39,075 nucleotides of DNA, from positions 1 to 39,075 of IMG/VR virus record IMGVR_UViG_3300016667_000286. One strand, given 5' to 3'. The stretch comes from a virus (lineage: Duplodnaviria; Caudoviricetes). Made by a program: the position numbers and the translations under genes. Positions 37,250-39,075 of this stretch are shown here, one piece after another (positions within the stretch are counted from its first letter, which is position 1; each line of letters starts with the position of its first letter). A model generated the notes under the pieces. It was not told the DNA's origin. It ran no database searches and saw only the letters and a program-made list of their open reading frames with translations.

Positions 37250-38824
37250 TCAGGACTTGCGCTTGGCGATGTCCGTCTTCTGAAGACGACCCTCACCAGA
37301 ACCCGCGCCTGCGGTCATGTCCTTGTAAGACTTCGCCACCTTGCTCACGCGGCCACCAGACTTGCGCGGCATGGGCGGGCCACCGGCGGGCGGGCCGGGA
37401 GGCATCGGAGGCATTCCGCCGGGCGGCATGGGCGGCATTCCACCCGGAGGCATCGGCGGCATGCCCTGCGGCGGCGGAACCGGAACAGGAATGCCCGCAG
37501 GACCAGCGTCCGGCGGCGGCAACGGCAGCGGACCGCCCATCGGGGGAGCTTTGTCAGCGCCCGTGTTGATGTTGATCGTGACGTTTGTCTTGCCCTTCTT
37601 GACTTTGCCGCCGTCCTTGCGCGCGGTGCGGCCCTTGAGCATCTTCTGGATCATCGCGGCTTCGCGCGAACCAATTTTCTGGCGCGAAGAACGGATCGCC
37701 TTGCCAACCGCCTCTTCGTCATAATCCGGCTCAGACACGTTGGCTGCGCGGCTTGTGCGCTTGCCGGAGCCAGCGCCCTGCTTCGGCATGTCATCCATGT
37801 CGAGATCGCCGCCATAAGCCCGGCCAGCGCGACCGGTGTTCTTCTTCGGAGCCATCTCCTTGATCATCTTTTTGATCAGGGCGCGGTCCTGAGCCTCATC
37901 CTCATGCTTGATCTTGCCGCCCTTCTTGGCGCGGGTCTTGCCCATCGCGCTGGCCGGGCTGAGAGCGCCAGCCGCCGTGCGAACCGTTTCAGCGCCATAC
38001 AGACCGCCGGGAACGCCTGCGCGCTTGCCCGCCTTGTCCATCATCTTGGCCGCACCCGCGACGCCCGGCCCCATCGCCGAGAGGTCGCCGCCGTCAGCTT
38101 TCTTGGTGCGACCGCCCGATTTGCGAGGATTGTTGCGAATAATGTCAGCCAACTTGGCCTTGTCTTCGTCGCTGATCCTTGGAGCGCGATCCGCATAGGT
38201 TTCATCGCGGCTGCTGGCCGGAGGGCCATACAGTTTTTCACGAATACGATCTCCTGCGCCGCGAGCATTAAAGACGTTTCCGCCATTTTCGCGTTTGGCG
38301 CGACCGCCCTTCTTCATGCCGGAGTTTGACTGAGAATATTGCTGCTGACCCAAGGCGCTCATGCGCGCATTGTCGCCGCTGTCATTTTTTGAATATTGCT
38401 GCTGGCCCAAAGCCTGATTGGCTTGATTGCCCATTGCAGCGGCCTGATCCTCGCTGATGCCCCTCTGCTCGCCGCCGCCAGCCTTCTTAGCCCGGCCACC
38501 AGACTTCATGCCACCGATATGCTTCTTGCCCTCGCGCTCTTCATTCGCGGACTTCGCATTGCGGTTGACGATTTCATTGCCAATGCGGCCACCCGATTTG
38601 CGCGCCTTGCGATCCGCGCGAGCGGGGGCCTTGTTGCCTTCGACTTTGCCGCCCTTCTTGAAGGCGCGCTTCGTCAGCGGGCGCATGCCCGTCTTGACGC
38701 CTGCGTCGAGATCCTCGGCGGGCGTGAACGTGGAGGCGTCAACCTTTCCGGCTGCGCTGTTGGCTCCAAGGCGCTGGGCCTTGGACTTCATGGCCGCACG
38801 GGCCTTTTTGGACAGTTCCGACAT
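37250..38824 (-). CDS. Basic low-complexity protein with 12 xxxGG motifs and a Pro-rich tail
   Basis: AGGAG RBS, repeated KKGG/KSGG/KDGG/AYGG motifs and GGMPPMPP repeats. Confidence 0.8.
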   Translation of the reverse strand: MSELSKKARAAMKSKAQRLGANSAAGKVDASTFTPAEDLDAGVKTGMRPLTKRAFKKGGKVEGNKAPARADRKARKSGGRIGNEIVNRNAKSANEEREGKKHIGGMKSGGRAKKAGGGEQRGISEDQAAAMGNQANQALGQQQYSKNDSGDNARMSALGQQQYSQSNSGMKKGGRAKRENGGNVFNARGAGDRIREKLYGPPASSRDETYADRAPRISDEDKAKLADIIRNNPRKSGGRTKKADGGDLSAMGPGVAGAAKMMDKAGKRAGVPGGLYGAETVRTAAGALSPASAMGKTRAKKGGKIKHEDEAQDRALIKKMIKEMAPKKNTGRAGRAYGGDLDMDDMPKQGAGSGKRTSRAANVSEPDYDEEAVGKAIRSSRQKIGSREAAMIQKMLKGRTARKDGGKVKKGKTNVTININTGADKAPPMGGPLPLPPPDAGPAGIPVPVPPPQGMPPMPPGGMPPMPPGGMPPMPPGPPAGGPPMPRKSGGRVSKVAKSYKDMTAGAGSGEGRLQKTDIAKRKS

Positions 38825-38860
38825 GATGTCTCCTAGCTAGGCTCGGGCGTCCCCGACGGC

Positions 38861-39075
38861 TTACGCCTTCCTCAACAATAACATAAGCGCATGCTTTACG
38901 ACAGGACTGCCTCCGGCCCGCGCGTGGAAGGAGACGCGACGCTTCTTCCTTGGCTTGATGCGCCCGCCGCGCTTCTGGTTCTGCGCGCCGGTGTCTCCGC
39001 CGCCATCTCCTGCTGGGCCACCCGGATCGGACGGGCCAGCCGCAGCGCCAGCCGCGTCAGCAGCGTCAGCAGCGT
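38861..39075 (-). CDS. C-terminal part of a protein truncated by the window edge
   Basis: Manual translation ...AADAADAAGAAAGPSDPGGPAGDGGGDTGAQNQKRGGRIKPRKKRRVSFHARAGGSPVVKHALMLLLRKA* carries the same GG motifs. Confidence 0.65.
   Translation of the reverse strand, partial: AADAADAAGAAAGPSDPGGPAGDGGGDTGAQNQKRGGRIKPRKKRRVSFHARAGGSPVVKHALMLLLRKA

Overview
GC-rich segment of a tailed dsDNA bacteriophage genome with podovirus-like gene order (no tape-measure or sheath genes seen). The host is probably alphaproteobacterial, since the phage encodes GcrA and a manual scan found no GANTC site. The left part (1-8165) is a divergent early/replication-recombination module. Its leftward arm carries a truncated P4-type primase, SF2 helicase, small HTH proteins and RusA. 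Its rightward arm carries ERF, a YqaJ exonuclease, an SSB-like protein, nucleases, DUF6378 and GcrA. The rest (8147-39075) is a minus-strand virion and lysis region: GroES-like chaperone, scaffold, head proteins, major capsid protein, adaptors, two tail fibres (one collagen-like), a GT2-TPR glycosyltransferase, holin/GH108 endolysin, a tail nozzle-like protein, a GNAT-like protein and ejection proteins. Two free-standing HNH endonucleases are inserted in it. Terminase and portal were not found and presumably lie outside the window. The most notable items are: (1) a 1640-aa ejection-type protein with two internal peptidase S74 autocleavage domains plus a muramidase domain, a candidate self-processing polyprotein; (2) a short xxxGG motif repeated across at least six virion-region proteins; (3) a ~1.15 kb non-coding block with a structured minus-strand RNA, an antisense sRNA with its own promoter and terminator, and phased repeats; (4) a GT2-TPR enzyme near a Thr-rich collagen fibre, suggesting virion glycosylation; (5) several pseudoknot or hairpin leaders over head-gene ribosome-binding sites; (6) a shared promoter/operator motif. 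All family assignments come from motif recognition by eye, not from database searches.
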